A stretch of DNA of 64,000 bases from the IMG/VR virus record IMGVR_UViG_3300038345_000144. The stretch is one strand, 5' to 3'. Positions within the stretch are counted from its first letter, which is position 1. The number at the start of each line of letters is the position of its first letter. The DNA is from a virus (lineage: Duplodnaviria; Caudoviricetes). Under the pieces are notes generated by a model. That model worked only from the letters and a program-made list of their open reading frames with translations, did not search any database and was not told the DNA's origin. Below are positions 38,636 to 47,941 of the stretch, one piece after another. The translations under genes and the position numbers were made by a program.

Positions 38636-39958
38636 TTAGTCGTCTCCTTGTAATAGCGGGTTTTTTATTATAAATCCAATATAAACACAGTTTAGTTTAT
38701 CTGAAATAACATCACTATAATATTTCGCAGTATTGATTTTAATATTATTTTCTTTAAGTCTTGGTTTCAAAATGTCACATAGCACATCATCTAATTTATA
38801 ATCTAAAACTGTACCACTATCACTAAAATACACACAAAGGTCATAGCGATACTTCATAACATTTTTAGACATAGGAATAACCACTTCAGGTATATTGATT
38901 TTTAGGAATTCCCAATTAAAAAAACTGCTGAAATGTGAGCCATATTCGTCAGCAGAGGACAATACGGCAACTACATTAACTGGGTCCGTATTTACTACTA
39001 AAGCAGAGTCGCTCCAATCGTAATGTATAACCCTTTCAGTGCCATCATCGTCTTTATAAAAGTATGCACCTATGGTTAAAAGAAACTCTTTTTCAGTTTT
39101 TGCTTGAGGGGACGCACTGAAAAAATCATAGAACAAGTTTTCTAATGGCTCGCTTAAGTCCTCGGATTGAAGGGCTTTTGTGATTTCCTGTGTAATCTGT
39201 TTGGTATTTAAGTCTCCAAAGATTTCTTGTTGCTTTTCCTCTAATTCCCTCTTTGCTAACAGTTTCATACCATCCGAACTTCCCTCGATATAAACTGTAT
39301 AACCCTCAATAAACTTACTTGACCTACCACTCTCACCAGCACATCGTATATCCGTAGTAATAACCTTTTCAGGAATATTATCAATAAAAGGCTTAAATAT
39401 ACCTAAAGCATCTTTTATGATATGAACATCACTATAACTACAACCATTAACGGTACTATCCATATTGCGTTCTGCCTGTACGAATTTCTTGAATTCAGTG
39501 ATTTCCATATCAGTTAGAGCAATTGAGGTTGATTTGAATGTAATGGTATTAGAAAGTGGAAGAAAATCTGCTTCATCTCTTGCCCTTACACAAGCATATA
39601 GGTCATCTACGGGAAAATAACAAGCCGTTGCCGTATTATATTTAGGTACTTTGGTAAGGGTTTTATTGTCCTCATCCAATATATAATAATAGGCTTCCAT
39701 TGTATCAAGATATATGCCTTGTGGTTTTCCTAAAAAAGTAGAGGTAAACAAAAAGCCAAAGTGATATTGTTTATTATATGGGTGCAATTTATCTTCACGA
39801 TACATCTCTTTTTTACAGTTAACCACATTGAAGGATTGCATAGCGTCAGTAAACGCATCCTTCTCATTTGGAAATTTAGCAATAACGCTTTTTATTACTT
39901 CCTTATTAGTCTGGAAGTTAGTTTCCTGTCCTGCTTGTTTTAATCTCTCTAAATCCAT
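38636..39958 (-). CDS. hypothetical protein, paralog of 5291..6544
   Basis: 440 aa; MDxxxLKQ, FPxE and YxLD motifs; C-terminal IKNPL. Confidence 0.8.
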   Translation of the reverse strand: MDLERLKQAGQETNFQTNKEVIKSVIAKFPNEKDAFTDAMQSFNVVNCKKEMYREDKLHPYNKQYHFGFLFTSTFLGKPQGIYLDTMEAYYYILDEDNKTLTKVPKYNTATACYFPVDDLYACVRARDEADFLPLSNTITFKSTSIALTDMEITEFKKFVQAERNMDSTVNGCSYSDVHIIKDALGIFKPFIDNIPEKVITTDIRCAGESGRSSKFIEGYTVYIEGSSDGMKLLAKRELEEKQQEIFGDLNTKQITQEITKALQSEDLSEPLENLFYDFFSASPQAKTEKEFLLTIGAYFYKDDDGTERVIHYDWSDSALVVNTDPVNVVAVLSSADEYGSHFSSFFNWEFLKINIPEVVIPMSKNVMKYRYDLCVYFSDSGTVLDYKLDDVLCDILKPRLKENNIKINTAKYYSDVISDKLNCVYIGFIIKNPLLQGDD

Positions 39959-39969
39959 TACTAATCTCC

Positions 39970-40509
39970 TTATGCTCGCTTAACGAAATTCACTACGCTA
40001 TCCTGAACATTGTTTTTTATGCCATTAACGGTGAACAATTTTTCTTCTACCTTCGGAGGCTCAATATAGCCCTTTTCAAGGTTATAAAAAGCACCATAAA
40101 GCGTACCATCGTAAATCTTAATCAACTCTGCTTTGTCAAAAGTAACAAACTTGACCTTTGCATCGTTGATAGCGTCAAGATACATACAGACCCTTTCCTC
40201 AACAGTATGTCCAAGTTCTAAAGTGTTTTCTTTAGTAAACGCAGGACAAGGGTTATTATAATCGTTCAGGTCATAAAAACGAATACCAATAGCGGGATGT
40301 CCTAAAAACAAGCCCAAACAAAGTGTAAAGCCAGTATCTTCGGTAAAAGCAATATCAGGTTGCTTAACTACCGCATTTATTTGGTCAATTACCCAGTTTT
40401 CATACTCGTTTTCACGAAGTTGATTAGTTGGCTTGATGTTTGTTCCATCTAAAGATGTATCAATTCTGATAATCACTGTTTCTGTGTTATTCAAAGCGTG
40501 GTTGTTCAT
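39970..40509 (-). CDS. hypothetical protein
   Basis: ORF with RBS. Confidence 0.75.
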   Translation of the reverse strand: MNNHALNNTETVIIRIDTSLDGTNIKPTNQLRENEYENWVIDQINAVVKQPDIAFTEDTGFTLCLGLFLGHPAIGIRFYDLNDYNNPCPAFTKENTLELGHTVEERVCMYLDAINDAKVKFVTFDKAELIKIYDGTLYGAFYNLEKGYIEPPKVEEKLFTVNGIKNNVQDSVVNFVKRA

Positions 40510-40522
40510 AATAAGGCTCCTT

Positions 40523-41095
40523 TTATTCTTTTGCCACCAATTCTATAAATTTGTTAATAGCGGTTGCTGTGTCTTCTGCCGTGATACTTTCAAAAGACTT
40601 ATCAACATTCCACCAATAAAAGCGTTTCTCATAAGGTTGCTCGATTTTATACTTACTAATCGCATAGTGGTGCATCTTGGCAACATAGCGTAACTCGTAG
40701 GTCTCGGAAAAGATTATGTACCAGCCCGCTTCCATAAAGTGAATTTTGTCCAGCACCTCTTTCGGAGCGACAGCCTTAAGCATTTGGGTTGCTTCTTCCA
40801 AAGACTTAATGCGTTCCTGTTGGTCTATCTCGTCCTGTCTTTTCTTATTTTTGATACGCTCAACATATTTATTCAGGTCTTCTTCAGTAAAACCGTTATA
40901 CTTATCTCCACCAAACCATATATCATCGTCATATAGTCCGTCTACAACAGGTATATATACTGTTATTGGACCATAACAGGCAAAAATGTCAAGCACCTCA
41001 TCGTTCCACGGCAACTTGATTTTACCTATGATGCGTTCATAACAAAACGGTTTCTTGTCATAAATATCCTTAAAATATGCCTTTAATTCACTCAT
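40523..41095 (-). CDS. hypothetical protein
   Basis: ORF preceded by TGTAAT boxes. Confidence 0.75.
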   Translation of the reverse strand: MSELKAYFKDIYDKKPFCYERIIGKIKLPWNDEVLDIFACYGPITVYIPVVDGLYDDDIWFGGDKYNGFTEEDLNKYVERIKNKKRQDEIDQQERIKSLEEATQMLKAVAPKEVLDKIHFMEAGWYIIFSETYELRYVAKMHHYAISKYKIEQPYEKRFYWWNVDKSFESITAEDTATAINKFIELVAKE

Positions 41096-41117
41096 ATTGG
41101 ATAGGTTCCTTCCTAAT

Positions 41118-41156
41118 ATTACATTTAGATTACATTTATATTACAAACAAATTACA
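41118..41156 (-). promoter_or_regulatory. four TGTAAT boxes at exact 11-bp period
   Basis: ATTACA on + strand at 41118, 41129, 41140, 41151. Confidence 0.7.
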
Positions 41157-41538
41157 TTGACTCGTAAGCCTTCCTGACTACCTTGCCAAATTCAAAGCCT
41201 GTGATTGCTACTGGATTTCCATTATAGCACCAATACTTGGGCTTATAATACTCCTGCTCATTGTCCCAAAGAGTATAAGCACGGTACATAGCACCGTTCC
41301 AGTTACCCTGTTCAACAGCGTCTTTGCAGGACTTGATAAGGTCGTCAGTAGTGAAGATATAACAGCCTATGGTATCTCTTTCCTGATACATAGCGTCTAA
41401 AATATCATCAAAGTTCTGCTCATTATACCTCTCAATAAGGTATTCCTTGTCATATTTCTTGTCTTTAATCCACTTGATTGCCTCTGTAACCCAATACTCG
41501 TTGAACTTATCATTCATTTTAAGCGTGTAGGAACTCAT
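41152..41538 (-). CDS. hypothetical protein downstream of array 2
   Basis: start MSSYT after AAGGAGAA. Confidence 0.75.
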   Translation of the reverse strand: MSSYTLKMNDKFNEYWVTEAIKWIKDKKYDKEYLIERYNEQNFDDILDAMYQERDTIGCYIFTTDDLIKSCKDAVEQGNWNGAMYRAYTLWDNEQEYYKPKYWCYNGNPVAITGFEFGKVVRKAYESM

Positions 41539-41557
41539 AATCTTCTCCTTTCGTACA

Positions 41558-41593
41558 TAAAAAATGTGGTGAGTCACATTATTCACCACATTT
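41558..41593 (-). terminator. leader intrinsic terminator-like hairpin
   Basis: AAATGTGGTGA-10 nt-TCACCACATTT-TTT. Confidence 0.65.
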
Positions 41594-41598
41594 ACCTA

Positions 41599-41616
41599 TA
41601 TTATAATTAAATAGTC
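41599..41616 (-). promoter_or_regulatory. putative promoter element GACTATTTAAT-TATAAT (copy 2)
   Basis: identical to 16491..16508. Confidence 0.65.
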
Positions 41617-41660
41617 ATTAAAACCCTGAATATTGGCAGTATTCGAGATTTACTGCTAAA

Positions 41661-41895
41661 AATCAGCCTCCGATAACGGAGAAAAACAATGTTAACTTCA
41701 CACTGCCAACCTGACTTTGAGAAACCTCCACGAACGGAGAAGTAATCCTGCGTGAGCATCCTACACACGGGGAAAAGTCTGATTGCGAAGTGTTCTTTGC
41801 ATCGGAAAGAATAACCCCCGTAAAACAGGGATAAAAAAATAATAAAGGGGATAGTTCAAAATTTGCCTCGAAAAACCTCCGAAAATTCGGAGAAG
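41661..41895 (-). CRISPR. degenerate type I-E-like repeat/spacer array 2 (4-5 repeats)
   Basis: units near 41661, 41719, 41754 (very degenerate), 41809, 41870; 41870..41916 is 44/47 identical to 34108..34154. Confidence 0.65.
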
Positions 41896-41914
41896 TTAAT
41901 TGATTTTTTAATCG

Positions 41915-42181
41915 TCATTCGTTAAGTTGGGCGATATAATCCATTATTTGCTTCACGGCAGAGTTGTCTACTGCCTGAATATTCCAGCCATCTTCTACAC
42001 ACTGAATTGCAGAAGTGTCCTGACCCTTCATATATGTAGTGTGGTTAGCAATAAATTCCCTGATTGTCTCATTGTCAATTTCACTTGCCTCACACTCATA
42101 CTCACGCTTAATCTCTTCGACCAATCTCTCAATATCAATCTCGATTGACGCACTTACTTCAATGGTTGTCCAATTACTCAT
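41915..42181 (-). CDS. hypothetical protein upstream of array 2
   Basis: 88 aa with RBS. Confidence 0.7.
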   Translation of the reverse strand: MSNWTTIEVSASIEIDIERLVEEIKREYECEASEIDNETIREFIANHTTYMKGQDTSAIQCVEDGWNIQAVDNSAVKQIMDYIAQLNE

Positions 42182-42193
42182 AGTAATTCTCCT

Positions 42194-42886
42194 TTACTTA
42201 ATATATCCTTTTTCAATAGCCAACTTAACAAGGGTCTGAACTGTCTTTACATCTGCATCTGAAGAACTAAAACCGTGACGATTGCAGAAGTCTCTCCTAA
42301 TTCCACAGGTTTCTGCAAAATCAAAGCCTACATCATTTGGACCATACTTGAGCCATTCAGCCTTTCTCTTTGGGGTAAGTTTGTTCAAATACTCCTGAAC
42401 ACGCTGAAAGATTTTGTCTTGGTTCTGAATAAGTATGTTGATGTAGTCAATATCGTTAATGTGGTAAGTGTCCCACATATAAGAAATTTGAGCAGAAACA
42501 TCAGGTCTGTTCATAAAACGAGCCGTCTCATTTATCCAATCACAAAGTCTCTCAATATCTGCCTGCTGAAGAATTCCTGTAAATTCCATCGGGTGCAGAT
42601 ATACATTTGCGGGTTCATATTGAGCGTCGGCAGGCTTAATTTCACAGCAACTACTGGAGTTGGGGTCTTTTTCTACAAAGAGTAACTTACCGAAGTAACG
42701 CTCCTTGATAATGGTACTCATAGTGTACTTTAAGGACTCTAACATCTTACGGAAGTCCTGAAAATCCTTGTCCGTTCTATATCTATCACCACAGTAATAC
42801 AAGCCGTTAATTCTAATCTGAAACTGCTTATAGTTGCTTATTTCCTTGTCGATTTCAATACAATTACTAAAGTTAATGCTTGCCAT
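42194..42886 (-). CDS. hypothetical protein
   Basis: 230 aa; YLHPMEFTG motif. Confidence 0.75.
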   Translation of the reverse strand: MASINFSNCIEIDKEISNYKQFQIRINGLYYCGDRYRTDKDFQDFRKMLESLKYTMSTIIKERYFGKLLFVEKDPNSSSCCEIKPADAQYEPANVYLHPMEFTGILQQADIERLCDWINETARFMNRPDVSAQISYMWDTYHINDIDYINILIQNQDKIFQRVQEYLNKLTPKRKAEWLKYGPNDVGFDFAETCGIRRDFCNRHGFSSSDADVKTVQTLVKLAIEKGYIK

Positions 42887-42897
42887 ATTAAATCTCC

Positions 42898-43113
42898 TTA
42901 TCTTAAACTAATACCGACAGTCAAGACATCACCGTTAACGCTCCAGTGCATTACTTGTTTCTCGCACCAGTCATTTTCTTTCATAACCGTAGTTATAAAA
43001 TCCGTACAAGTGCCATCATAAATAACGGTCTGTTGCCAAGCGTCTTTAACGACAAGCCTTGTGAAGTCGGATAAGGTATCACAACAACCTAAAAACATAA
43101 ATAAACGCAACAT
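42898..43113 (-). CDS. small hypothetical protein (~70-aa family)
   Basis: VIYDG pattern; RBS. Confidence 0.65.
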   Translation of the reverse strand: MLRLFMFLGCCDTLSDFTRLVVKDAWQQTVIYDGTCTDFITTVMKENDWCEKQVMHWSVNGDVLTVGISLR

Positions 43114-43130
43114 AAAGGGTCTCCTATTTA

Positions 43131-43499
43131 TTAAATGTCATCCTTGTACTCTTCAACCCATTCGGTAATGTTCTTAAATCCGTCATCTTGGGCATATTCA
43201 TCAAGTAACTTCTTGAACATCTTTTCCTCATCGGCGGTGAGTTCCCAATCAAAGTCTTGGTCGCCTTTATTACTATCTACAATAATATAGATAGCAGACA
43301 ATTTGCCTGTTTCAAAGTTGTATCGGATATACATATTTATCCAAATATCATCATCGTCATTGACTTCGGTTCCAAAATACTTATCTGTATCAAACCAAGT
43401 CTCAACATAAAACTCAATAGCAGGCTGATTATCAACAAATTCAGGGTCTATCAAGCGAACATTATCTTCCTTTAACTCAATCTGTCTCTGTTTACCCAT
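43131..43499 (-). CDS. hypothetical protein
   Basis: FYVETWFDTDKYFG motif; RBS. Confidence 0.75.
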   Translation of the reverse strand: MGKQRQIELKEDNVRLIDPEFVDNQPAIEFYVETWFDTDKYFGTEVNDDDDIWINMYIRYNFETGKLSAIYIIVDSNKGDQDFDWELTADEEKMFKKLLDEYAQDDGFKNITEWVEEYKDDI

Positions 43500-43511
43500 A
43501 GGTGTTTCTCC

Positions 43512-43709
43512 TTATTCTACGATAGACACATCACCCTCTAATGAAAGTGGTGGTTCTGTTTCTTCTGGTTTTGACTCCCGAATATCAATCGGGGGTCCAT
43601 ATACATCAACTTCAGGGGCTTCAGGTGGTACGCACCCTACCAACCCAAAAGTTGTACCTACTGCCAAAGCCAAAGCAGTAAAAGTTAATGGCTTTTTTGA
43701 CCTTTTCAT
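43512..43709 (-). CDS. small putative lipoprotein
   Basis: basic N-terminus, hydrophobic stretch, lipobox LVGC; VYGPP motif. Confidence 0.6.
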   Translation of the reverse strand: MKRSKKPLTFTALALAVGTTFGLVGCVPPEAPEVDVYGPPIDIRESKPEETEPPLSLEGDVSIVE

Positions 43710-44059
43710 TTAGCAATTCCTCCGTGGCTGGCAAAGTATTCCTGTCTGTTTTCGTGCCAGTTTTTCTCAACAACAAGTGTAGTAGTAGGATAGCCAAACT
43801 CTACTGAAATATGATGGGTACTTGAAAACCAAGCAATAATGTCCTGTTTAGCCTCATCATCAATCTCGAATTCAAGTTCTTTTAGCCCCTTTCGATTAGG
43901 AATATCAAGAGTACACCAACCAGTACCGTCATATTGTCCTAAATAATCAACCTCGCAAAAGTGTGAGGAAAAACCATATCCCTGTGAGGCTAAATATTCC
44001 TTAAATTCATTAGCGATTTCTTCAGTAATACCGCCGTTTCTTGTAGGAAATCTTGACAT
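43706..44059 (-). CDS. hypothetical protein
   Basis: ORF with RBS. Confidence 0.7.
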   Translation of the reverse strand: MSRFPTRNGGITEEIANEFKEYLASQGYGFSSHFCEVDYLGQYDGTGWCTLDIPNRKGLKELEFEIDDEAKQDIIAWFSSTHHISVEFGYPTTTLVVEKNWHENRQEYFASHGGIAK

Positions 44060-44070
44060 ATAGCCACCTC

Positions 44071-44478
44071 TTAAATCTCACTCATCTTGGTAAACCTACT
44101 CCAGAGTTCGTTATAGGTAATGTTTACCGTAGCGATATAATCCCAACCTTCAAAAGTACCACCTTCGTAATACTGGTCAAGGTTAACCTTCTTAATTTCC
44201 AAAGTACCATTCTCGGCTCTATCTGTGATTACCTTTTCAATATACTCAAGGAAGGCATCTTCCTTATCTTCATCATATTCGAACTCATCGAGATTACTGA
44301 AGGCATCAATTCCCTGATTACCAATACGCTCTGGAATGTCGCCCATAATGTCGTCGTAAGGGTGAAAGATAATCTCTTCGGACTTCAAATCTTCTCCGCT
44401 ATAATCACCCTGATAACCAATATTAGGGCAATTTATATAACCGCTTATTTCAACATAAATCTTTGCTTCGTCACTCAT
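44071..44478 (-). CDS. hypothetical protein
   Basis: start MSDEA after AGGAGG. Confidence 0.7.
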   Translation of the reverse strand: MSDEAKIYVEISGYINCPNIGYQGDYSGEDLKSEEIIFHPYDDIMGDIPERIGNQGIDAFSNLDEFEYDEDKEDAFLEYIEKVITDRAENGTLEIKKVNLDQYYEGGTFEGWDYIATVNITYNELWSRFTKMSEI

Positions 44479-44491
44479 AATATTATCCTCC

Positions 44492-44887
44492 TTAATCCCA
44501 CCAAGCATAAGCATAGTCAAGGTCAAGTTCATCAGCCTCATTTGCTAAATCCTCAAAGGCATTACGCTCTGCAAAAGACTCAAACTCACAATTCTTTGTG
44601 AATGTATCAATGCTCACACGGTAATCATCACGGTCAGCACTTACAACATATCCACCAAAGCGATAGGACTCTTTACCCCACTTTTCTGCAAAATCCATCA
44701 ACTCTTTGATAGTTGGAGCACAATTTTGTCTCTCTTCAAGGTCAACAAAACCCTCATCAATTAACTGCTTTAGTGTGTTATAGGACATTTCCTCAAACTG
44801 TCTGATACCACCTGAATAAGCCTCTTTGTCATAGGAACCAAAGATAATCTCATCTCTTTTTGGCTCATTCTTGCATAAATATTTCAT
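44492..44887 (-). CDS. hypothetical protein, paralog of 61452..61964
   Basis: GGIRxFEE...PT...GYxV..RxDYRV...ADEL...AWWD. Confidence 0.8.
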   Translation of the reverse strand: MKYLCKNEPKRDEIIFGSYDKEAYSGGIRQFEEMSYNTLKQLIDEGFVDLEERQNCAPTIKELMDFAEKWGKESYRFGGYVVSADRDDYRVSIDTFTKNCEFESFAERNAFEDLANEADELDLDYAYAWWD

Positions 44888-44898
44888 AGCGTCTCCTC

Positions 44899-45414
44899 CT
44901 ACTTCTTCCAGCACCAAAGAACGCCGTCTAACTCGACATCATCTAAAATAATAGCGTCATTTGGTATTGGATATTCCTGAATTTCCATATTGCCCTTGTA
45001 TTCTTCATAGTCCTCACTACCGCTTTCAATCATAGGCTCAATATAAGCGTCTACGACATCTACGGGAGCAGAACATAACCAAACACAATAGTTTCTATCC
45101 TCAATAACGGCATCAATAATTTTCTCCAGCACTTGTTGACACTGTTCTTCGGAGTCAAATAGTTTTGTGGCTTCCCAACCATCTTTCTCGGTTATAAGCG
45201 ACATTACTACCCCTCTTAATTGAGCGTTCAACTTATCTTTATAGTGTCTGTTGATAAACTCTAATGCCCCCAAATTGCCTAACTCCATAATTTCGTGGAT
45301 AAGCACTTCCTTTGGGTCGTGATAGCCCTCACCAAAAAGGCTATCATCACGATAGCCTTTCTTACTCTTATACATCTTTTGTGCATATTCACTGCAACTG
45401 GTAATGTCTAACAT
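44899..45414 (-). CDS. hypothetical protein
   Basis: start MLDIT after AGGAG. Confidence 0.7.
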   Translation of the reverse strand: MLDITSCSEYAQKMYKSKKGYRDDSLFGEGYHDPKEVLIHEIMELGNLGALEFINRHYKDKLNAQLRGVVMSLITEKDGWEATKLFDSEEQCQQVLEKIIDAVIEDRNYCVWLCSAPVDVVDAYIEPMIESGSEDYEEYKGNMEIQEYPIPNDAIILDDVELDGVLWCWKK

Positions 45415-45424
45415 ATTGTCTCCT

Positions 45425-45940
45425 TTAAGGTTGACCTTTGCATTGGAACCACTGTGGACAACTTGTACCCGAACAAGCAAGAGGACCGCCGTTATCACAA
45501 GCCATATTACCTATGGCTCCGTCATCATCCAGTATTTCGTTGATGATGCTCTCGTTTACCGTACCTCTAATCTTGTAGTCATCATCAAATCTGACGGCAT
45601 TGTTACTAATACCCTTTTCTTGCAACTGTGTAATAACATAGTCAGCAATATCAGCCCAGTATTCATCTTCTTGCTCGTCTGTAAGTTCCTCGTCAAGTCC
45701 AAGAGTGAATATGCCATCACCGTTCTCATACTTGCCTGCAACATCACTGACCGTAAAAGCAAGGTCAACACTATCTCCATTAAAGTACAGATTGAAGTAA
45801 ATGCGTATGCCCTCTTCCAAACTGCTCTTAATGTCTGCGGAAAGAACTCTGTTTACCTGTCTCCTGATATTTGACAATACCAAGAACTCGTCTATCAGAG
45901 TCTTCATTTCATTTAACTTATCTTCTTCGTAGCCTTTCAT
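45425..45940 (-). CDS. hypothetical protein with C-terminal Cys cluster
   Basis: CDNGG..CSGTSCPQWFQC. Confidence 0.7.
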   Translation of the reverse strand: MKGYEEDKLNEMKTLIDEFLVLSNIRRQVNRVLSADIKSSLEEGIRIYFNLYFNGDSVDLAFTVSDVAGKYENGDGIFTLGLDEELTDEQEDEYWADIADYVITQLQEKGISNNAVRFDDDYKIRGTVNESIINEILDDDGAIGNMACDNGGPLACSGTSCPQWFQCKGQP

Positions 45941-46332
45941 TTTTTACCACCTTCTACCATAGCCGACCTCAAAAGTGCGTGATGGTAGTTAAGGATAGCA
46001 GATGCAGGTGAACCCTGTTCATAGTACGCAAATGAGCCTAAATCAAGGTTTTCGGGGTCTTCAACGTCATCAAAGACCAAACTAATATCCCACTGTGGTA
46101 AATTTGCGTTGTCTTCTTCTTCCCAAGCACAATAAATACCCTCAACGGCATAGTAAGTCTTACCGCCTAATGTGATTTTATAGATAGGTTCATATACAAC
46201 TACAAAGTCCTTATCTCCGAACTCTTCACTGTTGACGATTTCCTCATCGGCATCAATGTAGGAGTCTGCTACTTCGTCGCTTACCAAATAAGCCTCAAGG
46301 TCTTCCATACGGTCAAATTCTTGAATTTTCAT
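45937..46332 (-). CDS. hypothetical protein
   Basis: acidic ORF tiling the operon. Confidence 0.7.
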   Translation of the reverse strand: MKIQEFDRMEDLEAYLVSDEVADSYIDADEEIVNSEEFGDKDFVVVYEPIYKITLGGKTYYAVEGIYCAWEEEDNANLPQWDISLVFDDVEDPENLDLGSFAYYEQGSPASAILNYHHALLRSAMVEGGKK

Positions 46333-46356
46333 TTCTTTAATTTCCTTTCGTTATTT

Positions 46357-46653
46357 TTACACAAGTTTTTCGTGCTTAATCTCAATATACTCTCCGTTAG
46401 CATAAGTAGCGTAGAGTTCGTCTTCAATGGCTTCCCACCAATCCGTGCCATACATCAGGCTGGCATAATTTGAAATACGAATTTGTCCCTGTGCATTTAC
46501 AGAAACCATATTCGGCACTTCTTCTATTGCCGTTGTGCTTTCAGGAAACTCTTTCTTGAGTTGCTCCCATACCTGTCTGGGGAGCCACAACTGATACTCA
46601 TTCTCGGTATCATCATAGACACTTACAAAATCATTTAACTTAATTTTTCCCAT
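46357..46653 (-). CDS. hypothetical protein
   Basis: ORF with RBS. Confidence 0.7.
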   Translation of the reverse strand: MGKIKLNDFVSVYDDTENEYQLWLPRQVWEQLKKEFPESTTAIEEVPNMVSVNAQGQIRISNYASLMYGTDWWEAIEDELYATYANGEYIEIKHEKLV

Positions 46654-46665
46654 AATCGTCTCCTT

Positions 46666-47040
46666 TTAATCTAAATGACATCTTGTATAGAACAATTCGT
46701 CAAAAGTCTTACCATCAATCTTCAGATTTTCCCTCACATAATCAATCTGTGGTCTCTGAACGGTTGTGCTTTGTACCATATAAGCAACAGGACAAATAAG
46801 GCTATCCCAGCCATCATATTTATCCCATTCTTTACGCATTTCAGGGTCTTTTGGTGTAACTAACCACCAACCACAATCAAGTCCCCACTTACTATGCTGT
46901 TCATCTCTGCCAAGTGTTTCCAGGTCAGTATAACCCATTTGTTTCAACATATACCCAATGATAGCATTTTCATTCTCGGTAGTGAAGTTTTCAATTATGG
47001 TTTCAATTTCTTCTTTTGAAGGGAATTTACGATTTGCCAT
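46666..47040 (-). CDS. hypothetical protein
   Basis: GLDCGW...QSTT motif; RBS. Confidence 0.7.
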   Translation of the reverse strand: MANRKFPSKEEIETIIENFTTENENAIIGYMLKQMGYTDLETLGRDEQHSKWGLDCGWWLVTPKDPEMRKEWDKYDGWDSLICPVAYMVQSTTVQRPQIDYVRENLKIDGKTFDELFYTRCHLD

Positions 47041-47051
47041 AGTTCACCTCT

Positions 47052-47384
47052 TTAAGTAACGCTCTTGATATATTCTTTAAGGTCTGAAATCTCGATTTCA
47101 ATATTAAACACAATCAAATCGCAAGCCAAATCAACCTCATCAATATAAACATCTGAAGGGTCTGTAAGAATTGTTACCAACCAGTCAAAGTCATTTTCAC
47201 TGAAGGTTTTATCACTATTCTGTGCGTTGGTAATTTCCTCTTGAGTAATTCCATTATCCAATGCAAAGTTAATGAAATCATCTTTCCAAACCAAGTCCTG
47301 CATACTGTCCCAGACATACTCTCGTAAGTCGGGTTTCTCAAAATAACTTGTCAAGTTACCCATTACTACTAAATTATATTTCAT
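47052..47384 (-). CDS. hypothetical protein
   Basis: ORF with RBS; resembles 59607 and 57322. Confidence 0.7.
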   Translation of the reverse strand: MKYNLVVMGNLTSYFEKPDLREYVWDSMQDLVWKDDFINFALDNGITQEEITNAQNSDKTFSENDFDWLVTILTDPSDVYIDEVDLACDLIVFNIEIEISDLKEYIKSVT

Positions 47385-47396
47385 AGCAATATCTCC

Positions 47397-47930
47397 TTAA
47401 AAAGTCTCTCCGATTACGCCTTCTACGAATTCTTTTACTTCATTAAAATCAAAGTCGTACTCTATTTTATCATATTCCTCATCGGTTAGTCCAATAATAG
47501 CCGTTGTAGAACCCATAGGAACATCGTGAGAAGACTCGCTACAAATCAAGGCTCTACCCTCAATATGATTTTTATAAATGAAGGTAGCCTCATAAGGTCT
47601 GCGGAGAACATCAAGTATCTTGTTGCAAACGGTATAGCCACTGGCTCCATTATATCTGCAACCATTAGCAAATACCAAATAATGTGAGTGGTTTCCAATC
47701 CAAGACTCTAAAAGGTCCGTACACTCAAGGTCATCAAAGTCAGCACTTTCGTACTCAATATAATCTTCTAAATTATTCTTGCTTACGGTATCACCATCAA
47801 CACTGTTATAACCGTCTTCGTCCCAATCACAACCAGCGTCTTTGATTTCCTGAATAGCCTCTGGGGTTAAATCATCTTTGAAACTGTAATAAGTACAAGC
47901 CTCAATAATATCCATCTTCTCGTATGCCAT
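47397..47930 (-). CDS. hypothetical protein
   Basis: YNGASGY and SSHDVPMG motifs; RBS. Confidence 0.75.
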   Translation of the reverse strand: MAYEKMDIIEACTYYSFKDDLTPEAIQEIKDAGCDWDEDGYNSVDGDTVSKNNLEDYIEYESADFDDLECTDLLESWIGNHSHYLVFANGCRYNGASGYTVCNKILDVLRRPYEATFIYKNHIEGRALICSESSHDVPMGSTTAIIGLTDEEYDKIEYDFDFNEVKEFVEGVIGETF

Positions 47931-47941
47931 AAGTATTCTCC

